From Methanomethylovorans hollandica DSM 15978 (GTDB lineage: Archaea; Halobacteriota; Methanosarcinia; Methanosarcinales; Methanosarcinaceae), in NCBI RefSeq assembly GCF_000328665.1, contig NC_019977.1, forward strand, positions 1,364,001 through 1,428,000: DNA of 64,000 bases, given 5' to 3'. Under the pieces are notes generated by a model, which was given only the letters and a program-made list of their open reading frames with translations, searched no databases and had not been told where the DNA came from. The position numbers and the translations under genes are program-made. Numbering within the stretch: position 1 is the first letter of the stretch; each line of letters begins with the position of its first letter. Shown here piece by piece: positions 1 through 10,016 of this stretch.

Positions 1-129
1 CAAGAACTGGCAGAGGCCCTGGGCCTGACCCGTGGTGGTATTAAATATCACCTGAATAAAATGAAGCTGGATGGGGTGCTCCGACATGTTGGTCCGGCCA
101 GAGGTGGAAGTTGGGAGGTTTTGAAATGA
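1..129 (+). CDS. 3' end of a gene with a C-terminal winged HTH (Fic/AlbA-type passenger gene inside a type I R-M operon); partial
   Basis: Frame 1 reads QELAEALGLTRGGIKYHLNKMKLDGVLRHVGPARGGSWEVLK*; its TGA overlaps the hsdR ATG (ATGA at 126-129). Confidence 0.7.
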   Translation, partial: QELAEALGLTRGGIKYHLNKMKLDGVLRHVGPARGGSWEVLK

Positions 130-3100
130 GCAACATTGGTCAGCCTGAACGTGCCACACAAGACCGCATCATCTCTTTATTCCGCTATGAGCTTGGTTAT
201 CGTTACCTCGGCAACTGGATCGACCGCGACGGTAACAGCAACATCGAGGAAGAACTACTGAAGGCCTACCTGATAGAAAAAGGCTACACTCCCAAGCAGA
301 CCAGCATAGCTCTACACAAACTGCGGACTGAAGCCAACAACCACAGCCGTAATCTTTACAGCAATAATCAGGCCGTCTATAGCTTGCTGCGCTATGGTGT
401 GCCTGTAAAGACCGAGGCAGGCAAGGTCACAGAGAGTGTGCACCTCATTAACTGGCAGGAACCGCAGAAGAACGACTTTGCCATAGCCGAGGAAGTCACC
501 CTCAGGGGTAATCGTGAGCGCAGACCTGACATTGTGCTCTATGTGAACGGTATCGCCATAGGTGTGCTGGAACTTAAGAACAGCCGCATCAGTATCGGTG
601 ACGGTATCCGTCAAAATCTTTCTAACCAGCAGCCTGAGTTCAATGCATGGTTCTTCAGTACCGTGCAGTTAATCTTTGCAGGCAATGATTCCGAAGGCCT
701 GAGATACGGCACCATCGGCACTCCGGAGAAGTATTTCCTCACGTGGAAAGAGGAGGAAGAGGACGACAGCCGCTTCAAGCTCGATAAATACCTGCTCAAG
801 ATGTGCAACAAAGCAAGACTCATCGAGCTCATGCACGATTTCGTGCTCTTTGATGGCGGTATCAAAAAACTTCCAAGAGTGCACCAGTATTTCGGTGTCA
901 AGGCAGCACAAAAACATGTCCTGCAACACAAAAGCGGCATCATCTGGCACACCCAGGGCAGCGGTAAGAGTATTGTCATGGTACTGCTGGCCAAATGGAT
1001 ACTGGAGCACAATCCCAATGCCCGTGTGGCTATAATAACAGACCGTGATGAGCTTGATAAACAGATAAAAGGAGTATTCACCGAAGCCGGAGAAGATATT
1101 GTACGCACCACCAGCGGCCGGGAACTCCTGAGTTTGCTCAGTCAGGCCCAACCCCGCCTGCTCTGCTCTCTGGTACACAAGTTCGGCCCCAAAAATGTGG
1201 ATGATTTTGATGCGTTCATCAGAGACCTGAAAGCACAGCCCAGCAAGACCGTAGGTGAGGTCTTTGTATTCGTGGACGAATGCCACCGTACCCAGAGCGG
1301 TAAACTGAATACAGCCATGAAGGCAATTATGCCAAATGCAGTATTCATCGGTTTTACCGGTACTCCCCTGCTCAAGAAAGACAAACAGACCAGTCTGGAA
1401 GTGTTCGGGGGTTACATTCACGTCTACAAGTTCAGCGAGGCCGTAGAGGATAAAGTGGTGCTTGACCTGGTCTATGAAGCCCGTGATATCGACCAGCGTC
1501 TTGGTTCCGAAGCAAAGATCGATGCATGGTTCGAGGCCAAGACCAGAGGTCTCAATGACTGGCAGAAAGACGAACTCAAGAAACACTGGGGTACCATGCA
1601 GATGGTGCTCAGTTCCCGCTCCCGTATGGATAAAGTAGTAAACGACATAATCTTTGATTTTAGCGTAAAGCCCCGCCTGTCCAGTGATCGCGGTAATGCC
1701 ATCCTGGTAGCATCCAGTATCTACGAAGCCTGCAAGTATTTCACCCTTTTTCTGAATACGCCATTAAAAGGCAAATGCGCTGTAGTGACATCCTACAATC
1801 CGCAGTCCAGGGACGTGACCAAAGAGGACACCGGCGCCAACACCGAAACAGATAAAGAGTTCATCTATCACACATACACTGAACTGCTCAGGGATATCGA
1901 ATCCAATCCGGGCATGACAAAGACCGAGACCTACGAAGAACATGCCAAGACACTGTTCGTCAAACAGCCAGCTAACATGCAGCTGCTCATAGTGGTGGAC
2001 AAGCTGCTCACAGGCTTTGATGCGCCTCCCTGTACTTATCTTTACATCGACAAATCCATGCAGGACCACGGTCTGTTCCAGGCGATCTGTCGCACTAACC
2101 GGCTGGACGGTGAGGACAAGGATTTCGGCTATATTGTAGACTATAAAGACCTCTTCAAGAACCTGGTCAATGATAAAGGCACAGGAGCCCTGCAGGTCTA
2201 TTCCTCTGAACTGGACACAAGTTCCGGCGGAGCCGACCCGCAGGTGCTCATGCAGGACCGCCTGAAAAAAGGTAAGCAACGTCTTGATGATGCATTGGAG
2301 GCTCTGGATCTGCTATGCGAACCTGTAGAACCGCCAAAGGGAGAATTGGAATATATTCACTACTTCTGTGGCAATACGGAGATTCCGACGGACCTTCAGG
2401 AACGTGAAACTCAGCGTGCTGCACTCTACAAGGCCACTGCTTCGCTATTTCGTGCTTATGCCAATATTTGCGACGAAATGGAAGCTGCAGGCTACAGCAC
2501 TTCGGCAATAGCCCGTGTTAAACAGCAACTGGAACATTATCGGAATATCCGGGAAATAATTCGCAGGGCCAGCGGTGAATCCCTTGATCTGAAAGCCTAT
2601 GAAGCCGACATGCGCCATCTTATCGACACGTATATAGAAGCATCAGAACCCAGAAAGATCTCTCCGTTTGATGATATGCCTCTGCTGGATCTGATAGTAA
2701 AGACTGGGATCGATAAGGCCATTGCAGCTCATCTTGGCAACCTGAAAGGGAACACGACTGCTATAGCAGAGACTATCGAGAACAATGTCCGTAGCAAGAT
2801 CATCAAAGAGCATCTGAACGATCCCGCTTATTATGAGAAGATGTCAACTCTGCTGGATGAAATAATAGCTGCCAGAAAGGCAAAAGCCATAGAGTATGAA
2901 GAATACCTGAAACGTATAGCAGACCTGGTAAAGCAGGTGGAAGCTGGCCATGCAGACGATACTCTTGAAGCACTGAAGACAAGTCCTGCACTGCGTGCCC
3001 TTTACAACAACCTGCAAAACCACGTAAATATTCCAGAGGCAATAGCAGAACCAGGTGGTGAATACGTAGTTGCCAGCGATCCAGTACTGAACCTGGCAGT

Positions 3101-3257
3101 GAAGATCGATGAAACAGTAAGACAAGTGCGTGCTGATGACTGGCGGGGTGTGGAACCTCGCGAACGGGTTATCAAGCAGGCTCTGTTCGGTATCCTGAAA
3201 GACGTAGCTGAGGTGGAACGTATCTTCCTTATAATCAAGGCACAGAAGGAATACTGA
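126..3257 (+). CDS. hsdR: Type I restriction endonuclease subunit R
   Basis: PDIVLYVNG..ELK nuclease motif, WHTQGSGKS Walker A, DECH, GFTGTP, LLTGFDAP, QAICRTNR helicase motifs; ATG at 126 preferred over TTG at 111 because it is coupled to the upstream stop. Confidence 0.96.
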   Translation: MSNIGQPERATQDRIISLFRYELGYRYLGNWIDRDGNSNIEEELLKAYLIEKGYTPKQTSIALHKLRTEANNHSRNLYSNNQAVYSLLRYGVPVKTEAGKVTESVHLINWQEPQKNDFAIAEEVTLRGNRERRPDIVLYVNGIAIGVLELKNSRISIGDGIRQNLSNQQPEFNAWFFSTVQLIFAGNDSEGLRYGTIGTPEKYFLTWKEEEEDDSRFKLDKYLLKMCNKARLIELMHDFVLFDGGIKKLPRVHQYFGVKAAQKHVLQHKSGIIWHTQGSGKSIVMVLLAKWILEHNPNARVAIITDRDELDKQIKGVFTEAGEDIVRTTSGRELLSLLSQAQPRLLCSLVHKFGPKNVDDFDAFIRDLKAQPSKTVGEVFVFVDECHRTQSGKLNTAMKAIMPNAVFIGFTGTPLLKKDKQTSLEVFGGYIHVYKFSEAVEDKVVLDLVYEARDIDQRLGSEAKIDAWFEAKTRGLNDWQKDELKKHWGTMQMVLSSRSRMDKVVNDIIFDFSVKPRLSSDRGNAILVASSIYEACKYFTLFLNTPLKGKCAVVTSYNPQSRDVTKEDTGANTETDKEFIYHTYTELLRDIESNPGMTKTETYEEHAKTLFVKQPANMQLLIVVDKLLTGFDAPPCTYLYIDKSMQDHGLFQAICRTNRLDGEDKDFGYIVDYKDLFKNLVNDKGTGALQVYSSELDTSSGGADPQVLMQDRLKKGKQRLDDALEALDLLCEPVEPPKGELEYIHYFCGNTEIPTDLQERETQRAALYKATASLFRAYANICDEMEAAGYSTSAIARVKQQLEHYRNIREIIRRASGESLDLKAYEADMRHLIDTYIEASEPRKISPFDDMPLLDLIVKTGIDKAIAAHLGNLKGNTTAIAETIENNVRSKIIKEHLNDPAYYEKMSTLLDEIIAARKAKAIEYEEYLKRIADLVKQVEAGHADDTLEALKTSPALRALYNNLQNHVNIPEAIAEPGGEYVVASDPVLNLAVKIDETVRQVRADDWRGVEPRERVIKQALFGILKDVAEVERIFLIIKAQKEY

Positions 3258-3973
3258 TGGTCACTCAGATCGAACTTGGTGATATTACTGTAGACGTGGT
3301 GCTGAAGGACATCAAAAACGTTCATCTGAGCGTGTATCCCCCTGCCGGGAAGGTTAGGATTTCTGCGCCACTGAGAATGGATATCGATACAATTCGTGTC
3401 TTTACTATTTCCAAGCTGGGCTGGATCAAGCAGCAGCAAAGAAAGCTTCAGGAGCAGGAGCGTGAAACTCCCCGTGAGTATCTGGACCTTGAAAGCCATT
3501 ACGTATGGGGGAAACGTTATCTGCTCAAGGTGATCGAGGTAGATGGAGCACCTGCAGTTAAATTGAAACACAGCAAGATGATCCTACAGGTACGTCCTGG
3601 AACTGATGAAGCAAAGAAGCAGGCTATTATTGATGCATGGTATCGTGAGCAGCTCAAAAAAGCAGTGCCTCCACTAATTGCAAAATGGGAAACAATGATG
3701 GGTGTGAAGGTAGAACTTTTCTTTGTGCGCAAAATGAAAACAAAATGGGGAAGCTGTAACCATCGTGCATTTAGCATCCGGCTTAACACTGACCTTGCAA
3801 AGAAACCGAAGGATTGTCTTGAATACATCGTTGTGCATGAAATGGCACATTTGTTAGAACCGACACACAACGCCAGGTTCGTAGTACTGATGGACCAGTT
3901 CATGCCTAAATGGCAGTTCTACCGGGACAAATTGAACAGGTTGCCTGTCAGCCATGAGAATTGGATTTATTGA
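3257..3973 (+). CDS. M48/YgjP (DUF45) family metal-dependent hydrolase, typical hsdR-downstream gene
   Basis: KWGSC and IVVHEMAH (HExxH)...HNARF motifs; TGATG overlap with hsdR. Confidence 0.9.
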   Translation: MVTQIELGDITVDVVLKDIKNVHLSVYPPAGKVRISAPLRMDIDTIRVFTISKLGWIKQQQRKLQEQERETPREYLDLESHYVWGKRYLLKVIEVDGAPAVKLKHSKMILQVRPGTDEAKKQAIIDAWYREQLKKAVPPLIAKWETMMGVKVELFFVRKMKTKWGSCNHRAFSIRLNTDLAKKPKDCLEYIVVHEMAHLLEPTHNARFVVLMDQFMPKWQFYRDKLNRLPVSHENWIY

Positions 3974-4038
3974 TACAAAATAGTGAAGTTGAGAATGGTC
4001 ACTAAAAAGACAACTATGGTAACTAGTTATCTAAAGAG

Positions 4039-4109
4039 AGGAGAGAAGCCCGCCAGGGTGTTTTTGATGGCTGACGCATTTATGCATTTGTTCTGCGTTT
4101 GCCTGATGG
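4039..4109 (+). repeat. Dispersed ~72-nt element, copy 1 (candidate structured RNA)
   Basis: 62 of 74 aligned positions identical to the reverse complement of 52899-52972. Confidence 0.75.
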
Positions 4110-4446
4110 TCTCATTAGGCACTGTAATCATTCCCAATTGACTATTTAATGTCTTTGATGCTATCGATTCTGATTATAGTACTCATTATGAGCTCTATAC
4201 TATTTAACAAACTTCAGATAGAATTGACATTATACAAAGTTATACTAATGGCAAATTCTTCAGGTGTTAAAAAAAGAATTCTATGGATATAATCAAAAAT
4301 GAGCCAACGGTTTAAAATAGGTAGTCCTGTTCCCAAAATATCAGTTCTGCAGGTCCAGTGTGATCAATTGTTCGATCAGTGTGTTCCCCAGGAAAGATCT
4401 ACCGAATTAACAACCTGGATGCTCAGGCGTATAACACGCCGCTCTT

Positions 4447-4626
4447 TTACTTCCCCAGAACCTTCTTGATCTGACCTACCGCGTCTTGTGCCTTGCCTTC
4501 TGCCTTTTCAATCGTACCTTCGGCTTCCAGGTGGGGATCATTTGTGATTTGCCCCACGGTCTCCTTGATCTCTCCCTTTACTTTGTGAATGTTTCCTTCC
4601 ACTTTATCCGTTGTGCTTGTTTTCAT
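4447..4626 (-). CDS. CsbD family stress protein (59 aa, below ORF-track cutoff)
   Basis: MKTSTTDKVEGNIHKVKGEIKETVGQITNDPHLEAEGTIEKAEGKAQDAVGQIKKVLGK*; GGGGAG ribosome site upstream. Confidence 0.88.
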   Translation of the reverse strand: MKTSTTDKVEGNIHKVKGEIKETVGQITNDPHLEAEGTIEKAEGKAQDAVGQIKKVLGK

Positions 4627-4860
4627 GTTACTCCCCTTTCTAAGTTGCGTTAGAATCTTGGAGAATTATCACAGCTATGGCATCTTTTCAAGAGATACGA
4701 ACCGAAAAATGATAAGAATTGTCGGCATTACTGCTATGATACCCCTACTTAACCCTACTATTACTATAATGCACTACTTCTCCTTAAGACCCGCGCCTAA
4801 CTATTTCATTTATTGATTGAGTATCAACTTTAGCAAAGCATATACTGCATAAAAACATAC

Positions 4861-5718
4861 ATGAGATGGATGGAGACTAGAAAGATCAAGGAACTTGCAG
4901 TCACTGCACTAAAGAATTGGAGAGAGAATAACTCCATAATTGATAGTGCAGCCCTGTCTTTTTACTTGCTGTTGAGCTTACCGGCCATTCTCCTCTTCTT
5001 CGTATCCTTGGGAGGTATATTTTTTTCCTCCGGGCAAGTTCAGGATAATATTATAGAGTATATGGAAGGAATTCTTGATTCTAGTCTTATTGAATCATTG
5101 AAGGCTTTTATTGCAAATATGCCCGCTACAGACTCTCTTTCTTTAAGTGCATTGGCAGGCCTTCTTCTTCTGATGTGGGGTGCAGGCAATGTGTTCAGGC
5201 AATTTAAGAACTTCCTCTACAGGATATGGAATGTTCCGCTTTCACAAGGAAAATTTGCCCGGAATTTTCTGAAAGATGGTTTGCTTTCAACCATAACGGT
5301 AATTGTTTTTGGTGGATTGATCGTGCTCATTACTTTAATAGAAGCCCTGATGTTCGCAGGTTCAAGGACCTTACACACATATCTGCCATTATTTGGTGTT
5401 CTTCAGTATGTGGGACCGGTTGTGGCCTTTGTGGTCCTTGTGATCCTTTTCATTTTTGTACATATTATATTGCCAGACATTGATATGGATCTGAAATGCC
5501 TGGTAGCAGGTTCTGTGATAACTGCTGTCCTGATCACCATCGGAAAATATGCTGTGGGATTCTACGTGACACATAGCGACATTACTTCGGTCTATGGTGT
5601 CATTGGATCCATAATTGGTCTGCTACTATGGATATATTATAGTTCCATTGTAGTAACCCTTGGAGCTGAGTTCACTAAAGTTTATTCACAAGACTCAGCA
5701 GGTTCCAAAAAGCTTTAA
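4861..5718 (+). CDS. YihY/BrkB family membrane protein
   Basis: AALSFYLLLSLP, YGVIGSIIGLLLWIYYSS..LGAEF motifs; multiple TM segments. Confidence 0.9.
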   Translation: MRWMETRKIKELAVTALKNWRENNSIIDSAALSFYLLLSLPAILLFFVSLGGIFFSSGQVQDNIIEYMEGILDSSLIESLKAFIANMPATDSLSLSALAGLLLLMWGAGNVFRQFKNFLYRIWNVPLSQGKFARNFLKDGLLSTITVIVFGGLIVLITLIEALMFAGSRTLHTYLPLFGVLQYVGPVVAFVVLVILFIFVHIILPDIDMDLKCLVAGSVITAVLITIGKYAVGFYVTHSDITSVYGVIGSIIGLLLWIYYSSIVVTLGAEFTKVYSQDSAGSKKL

Positions 5719-5787
5719 GTTGTTCTCTGTTACCATATGATCAAAGAGGAATATCCCATTAACCAGAAGGTTAGGACTTATTGAAAG

Positions 5788-6260
5788 TCAGATTTTCCGA
5801 TGATGGCAATCGCTTTTGACCATGTGTCAACACAAGAAGTGGCCCGACCGCAGCGGTATGATTTCCGCGCGCTCTATATCATATTTATAACATTGGTCTT
5901 GTCAGTACCGTCTTTGATTTTATCTATTTCGGACTCTTCTATCGCATCTCCGAGGAGATGCTGCAAACTAACTGGTTCATCGCCAGTGTGATCACTGAAC
6001 TCCTCCTTATGTTATCCATTCGGTCGTTGTTGCCAATTGAAAAGGCCGGCTGGCCGGCTCCTCTCATTGTATTTCTATCGGCGGCAGCATTTTTGATTAC
6101 GCTTGCGTTACCGATAATCCCGTGGACCAGTGCCTTTTTTGAGTTTACAAAACCCACACCAGCACATCTCATACTCATTGTGTCGCTCGCGATCCTCTAC
6201 CTCATTATCTCCGAGCTTGTGAAGCGACCGCTTGCCCGTTTCTTAAGCAAGAACGACTAA
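5788..6260 (+). pseudogene. C-terminal fragment of a P-type cation (Mg2+-type) ATPase, frameshifted
   Basis: SDFPMMAIAFDHV...YIIFITL / GLVSTVFDFIYF...LQTNWFIASVITELLLMLSIRS spread over two frames; no N-terminal part. Confidence 0.75.
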
Positions 6261-6456
6261 ACTTATCGGGATATGGTCAAAGCATTTCCTGTAGCGAGAA
6301 TATAGGTAAGTGTTGGAAAAGGGTGTGAGAGAAGTTTTGAAACGGGCTTCGTAAATGAACAGGCAACCCAATTATATTAATAAAAAAGTAAAAAAGTAAC
6401 ATGTTGCTGGTCAAAAACACGCAACATTCCAATAAGTTGATTGTATTGGTCAGATC

Positions 6457-6798
6457 TTATTTTGCAGTTTTCTGCTGGCTCTTCATCTTTTCAAGCGCAT
6501 CTTCAAGTTCCTTTATCTTGAGTTCATTGATCTTGTCCTCAAGATCTGCGAGCTCCTTATCAGTTTTAAGGACTGTAGCATGGATCTTTTCAACAACGTT
6601 CTTCTCCAGGTTAAGTCTCTCTTTATTGATTTCGCTAACCAGGTCTTCTGCCATAGCTTTACCCTCTTCCATGCTCAGAGCACCGGCTTCAACTTTTTCG
6701 TTAACGAACTCTCTTATTCTCTCTTCAGACAAAGCTGCTAAGCCTGCACCTATCAGCGCAGCTGCTCCAAGAAGACCTACTTTTGTCATTTTTTCCAT
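6457..6798 (-). CDS. Phasin-like coiled-coil protein (COG3937-like)
   Basis: IGAGLAALSEERIREFVNEKVEAGALSMEEGK pattern followed by coiled coil. Confidence 0.65.
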   Translation of the reverse strand: MEKMTKVGLLGAAALIGAGLAALSEERIREFVNEKVEAGALSMEEGKAMAEDLVSEINKERLNLEKNVVEKIHATVLKTDKELADLEDKINELKIKELEDALEKMKSQQKTAK

Positions 6799-7042
6799 AT
6801 ATAAACCCCCATTAATACATTAAAAACTCTAACGTTTAATATTTAGGTAGTATTTAAACCACTCCATAATAAACGTAAGAATATCCACACAGGAGAAATC
6901 CAGAAATACCCCACAATTTCACTTTGTACTTCCAGACTTATATAAGGATAGGTGCAGTTGTGATATAAAGCTACTGGGGTATGTGAAGCAAAGAAATTAG
7001 AGATCATATTTACTATTAACTTAACTTTATGGTTGCGGACGC

Positions 7043-7114
7043 ATAACACGCCGCTCTTTTACTTCCCCAGAACCTTCTTGATCTGACCTGCCTTTTCCTG
7101 TGCCTTGCCTTCTG
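7043..7114 (-). pseudogene. 3' remnant of a second csbD copy
   Basis: Close match to 4431-4502; encodes EGKAQEKAGQIKKVLGK* with no in-frame start. Confidence 0.8.
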
Positions 7115-7236
7115 GCTCTGTTCCATGAATGATATAGCTTTAAAGTTGACATTGTTATTGATATTAAGAAGAAGTGGTCTGATATTGACATGATTCTAAT
7201 TTTTCATGCGCGGTCTATTTGATCAAAGGAAGTTTT

Positions 7237-7515
7237 TCAGCAAGTGTCAAGGACTTTGCTCCAGTCATCAGATAACCGCTCTGCCTGCTGCAATACTAAT
7301 TGGATAGCTTCTTCCTGTTTGTCAGGCGGATACTTATACCGACGCAGGGTTATACGTACCAGATTGCGTAGTTTTGCACGGACACTATCCCGCTTCTGCC
7401 AGTCCACTGTTGTGCTTTTTCTCAGCTTGTCCGCTAGTTCCTGTGCGATCTTCTTAAGAGTGTCGTCACCCAGTTCACGAACAGCACTTTCATTATCTGC
7501 CAGCGCATCGTAGAA
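7237..7515 (-). pseudogene. hsdR: C-terminal (DUF3387-type) fragment of a second HsdR
   Basis: FYDALADNESAVRELGDDTLKKIAQELADKLRKSTTVDWQKRDSVRAKLRNLVRITLRRYKYPPDKQEEAIQLVLQQAE; no start codon. Confidence 0.85.
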
Positions 7516-7602
7516 TGTCCAGCAGGCTGTTGGACTATTGAATCATGCGAAGAAAAAGCAGGTGCTTCTGCACAAGAAAACTTAAAGGGAGCAATACAAC
7601 AT

Positions 7603-7630
7603 TCTTTGCGTCCTTGCGGCTTTGCGTTGA
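7603..7630. repeat. Single arm of an 8-bp-periodic REP-like element
   Basis: TCTTTGCGTCCTTGCGGCTTTGCGTTGA; 23/28 identical to 11434-11461. Confidence 0.6.
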
Positions 7631-7825
7631 TTTACCTTAGATGCACTTATTACCAATATACTCAGCCTACCTTCTTTATTTTCCTTGTGTAGCTTAGTTC
7701 TGATCACTTTTCTGACCATCGGGTTTTAAATTCACATCTGCATTTATTCAGTGTTTTTTACCCTGATTAATACCCTGGTTTTTGTCCACTACTTCTTCAA
7801 AGCTGGTCTATTTAATTGTTAGTCC

Positions 7826-8752
7826 TTACTTGTTGTTCCTGTCACAGTCTTTAATAAATTTTTTAATTTTGATCTCCAGATGTCTTTTTTCCTGTGCCTG
7901 TGCACCTTGAAGTGTTCCTACTCGGGAAAGTGCTTTTGCAAGATAACTTTTAGCTATGTTGAGATCCACCGCACTGAAGAAGATGGCAACATGCAGGTAT
8001 AGTTCCGGATCATCACCGAATTTTTTGCTGACCCTTTTTGCCAGGCTCTTCATTAGTTCAAATTCTTTCCGATCTTGCAGTTGCATAAGATAAACTGAGA
8101 ACAGATCGAAATGCTCCGGGCTGTGCTCTGCCAGGAAACCGAACTTCTCATCATCGTCCATTGCAAAAAACTCACTTTCGATACGTGTCTTTTCCATTTC
8201 ATCGTCAGTGAACGCTTTTTCACTCTTCATCAGAAGTTGGTCCACATCTTCCTCGGAAAGGTGCATTTTTTTGCCAAGCTTTTCTATACGCTCTTCATAT
8301 TGCTCTTCTTCTTTGGCTGTGTAGACCCCCAAAAAATAACAGATCCATTTTAAATAGGCCTGTTTATCCCCCATCCATGATCTGTTGTCGATAGACCACA
8401 GAACATAGTCAATGACCAGCTTGAATTCATGAAAGGTGATCGGTTTTTTTTCAAGAGCATCTGCCAGAGGCCCAAGCATCAACACTTCAAAAGGATGCGA
8501 GAAATAACTGACATCCTTATCAAGGTTCATTTTTATGTTCCTTAGAACCGAGATAATTTCCTTGTCAGTGATCTTATTGTCCTGCTCGTAATAATAAAGC
8601 GCTATACCTCCCTCAATGGTTCCTAAATACTCGCTATATTCCGTCTCTTTGTCCTGAAGACTTCTGATCTGTTTAACTTCCGGTGTATCCGGCTTGAGAA
8701 AAACGCTCAACGATACGCCAGCATCCAAATGGTCAGTGTTATTAGAGTTCAT
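7826..8752 (-). CDS. Hypothetical helical protein (308 aa), intact inside a collapsed type I R-M locus
   Basis: Long ORF with normal composition; start overlaps the stop of the hsdM remnant. Confidence 0.75.
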   Translation of the reverse strand: MNSNNTDHLDAGVSLSVFLKPDTPEVKQIRSLQDKETEYSEYLGTIEGGIALYYYEQDNKITDKEIISVLRNIKMNLDKDVSYFSHPFEVLMLGPLADALEKKPITFHEFKLVIDYVLWSIDNRSWMGDKQAYLKWICYFLGVYTAKEEEQYEERIEKLGKKMHLSEEDVDQLLMKSEKAFTDDEMEKTRIESEFFAMDDDEKFGFLAEHSPEHFDLFSVYLMQLQDRKEFELMKSLAKRVSKKFGDDPELYLHVAIFFSAVDLNIAKSYLAKALSRVGTLQGAQAQEKRHLEIKIKKFIKDCDRNNK

Positions 8753-8922
8753 ATCCTATCCTCTTCAGATTTTCCTTTATCTTCTCTTCCAATTTCTTAG
8801 ACTTAGTGAACTGCTCTGATAACTGCAGGGATTTGAGTTTTAGTGAACAATTGTCCCGGCAGTGCCACCATGCACTCCACCAGATTGGACCGTAATTTAT
8901 CTGCCGATGTCCAAAGTTTGCT
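8742..8922 (-). pseudogene. hsdM: Collapsed hsdM (N-terminal, central and C-terminal pieces joined)
   Basis: KLWTSADKLRSNL | VECMVALPGQLFTKTQIPA | LSEQFTKSKKLEEKIKENLKRIGYEL*. Confidence 0.8.
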
Positions 8923-9307
8923 CAGCCAAGGGGTTCATAAACTCAGATCAATTTGGGGATATTTTGATAGTAATTGAAATATTAGTTATTTGACTTTTGA
9001 CAGTCTGATTTAATTCCCTTCCCTTATATTAGTATGCTTTCTGTGTATCTCTAATATTGAGGTTCCAGCCTATTGAGTATGGTTATGAAAATAGTCTGCA
9101 TCCCGTTCCTGAATAAACAACCCAAAATATGGGAGTTGAAAGGTTAATAGGAGAAAACTGGATAAGGTAACTTTCCAACACGGACACGGAACCTGAAAGG
9201 TGATATGCCAATTCTTCCAGCAATTTATAACATGTGCATTGATTTAATAGTTAAAAGAATTTGTTGTTCTGATTTTGTGAAAAATATAAGAAAAATTGGT
9301 ATGGATA

Positions 9308-9835
9308 TTACTTCTTGAGCAATAGCCGTTCATCTATCGGATGATAGACCGTAGCAGCTTCAATGAGCTCTGTGGCGGTGTTCTTAGGGAAAGAATGTAC
9401 TTCCACACGTACCCCGGAAGCCTTGAGATGATTGACAAGAGCCGTGAAGTCCCCATCACCTGTAACCAGTACTATTGTATCGACTCTGGTGGATATGGAG
9501 ATCGCATCAATGGCTATACCCATGTCCCAATCACCTTTAGTTGACCCGTCAGGTCTTGATTTCAATTTTTTGGACTTTACTTCCCATCCAATGTATTCTA
9601 TTACCGACTTAAAACCAGACTGGTCTATTTCCTTTGTTTCCACAACATAGGCTATTGCACGGATAAGTTGTCTTTCTCTTACCACAGCACTTAATAATTT
9701 TCCGAAATCTAATTTAGCATAGTAATAATTTCTGGCCGAATAGAACATATTCTGCACATCTGCAAACACAGCCAGTCTTTGGTTTGTGAATATCTGTTCC
9801 TGATTATCCTGATCCTCTGACCCCATTGAGTTCAC
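9308..9835 (-). CDS. NYN domain (LabA/DUF88) protein
   Basis: AVFADVQN, KGDWDMGIAID, LVTGDGDF motifs. Confidence 0.92.
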   Translation of the reverse strand: MNSMGSEDQDNQEQIFTNQRLAVFADVQNMFYSARNYYYAKLDFGKLLSAVVRERQLIRAIAYVVETKEIDQSGFKSVIEYIGWEVKSKKLKSRPDGSTKGDWDMGIAIDAISISTRVDTIVLVTGDGDFTALVNHLKASGVRVEVHSFPKNTATELIEAATVYHPIDERLLLKK

Positions 9836-10016
9836 CTGTTTATTAAAATTTAAGAGTGTTTAGATAAAATATTGCATTTTTGTGCTGTTAGATGTAGAAA
9901 GTTAGCTATATGATAATTTCAATAATGTTCTATCCTATTTAAGCACGATCATATCTTCGGGCTTTCCAGAAAGATATTTTGACAAAAACTGGATGATAAA
10001 TAACATTCAAGTATTT

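Noticed and set aside
4589..4816. 75-aa plus-strand ORF
   Set aside because: Overlaps the csbD start and promoter on the other strand; no recognisable motif
7244..7513. 89-aa plus-strand ORF
   Set aside because: Shadow of the minus-strand hsdR fragment
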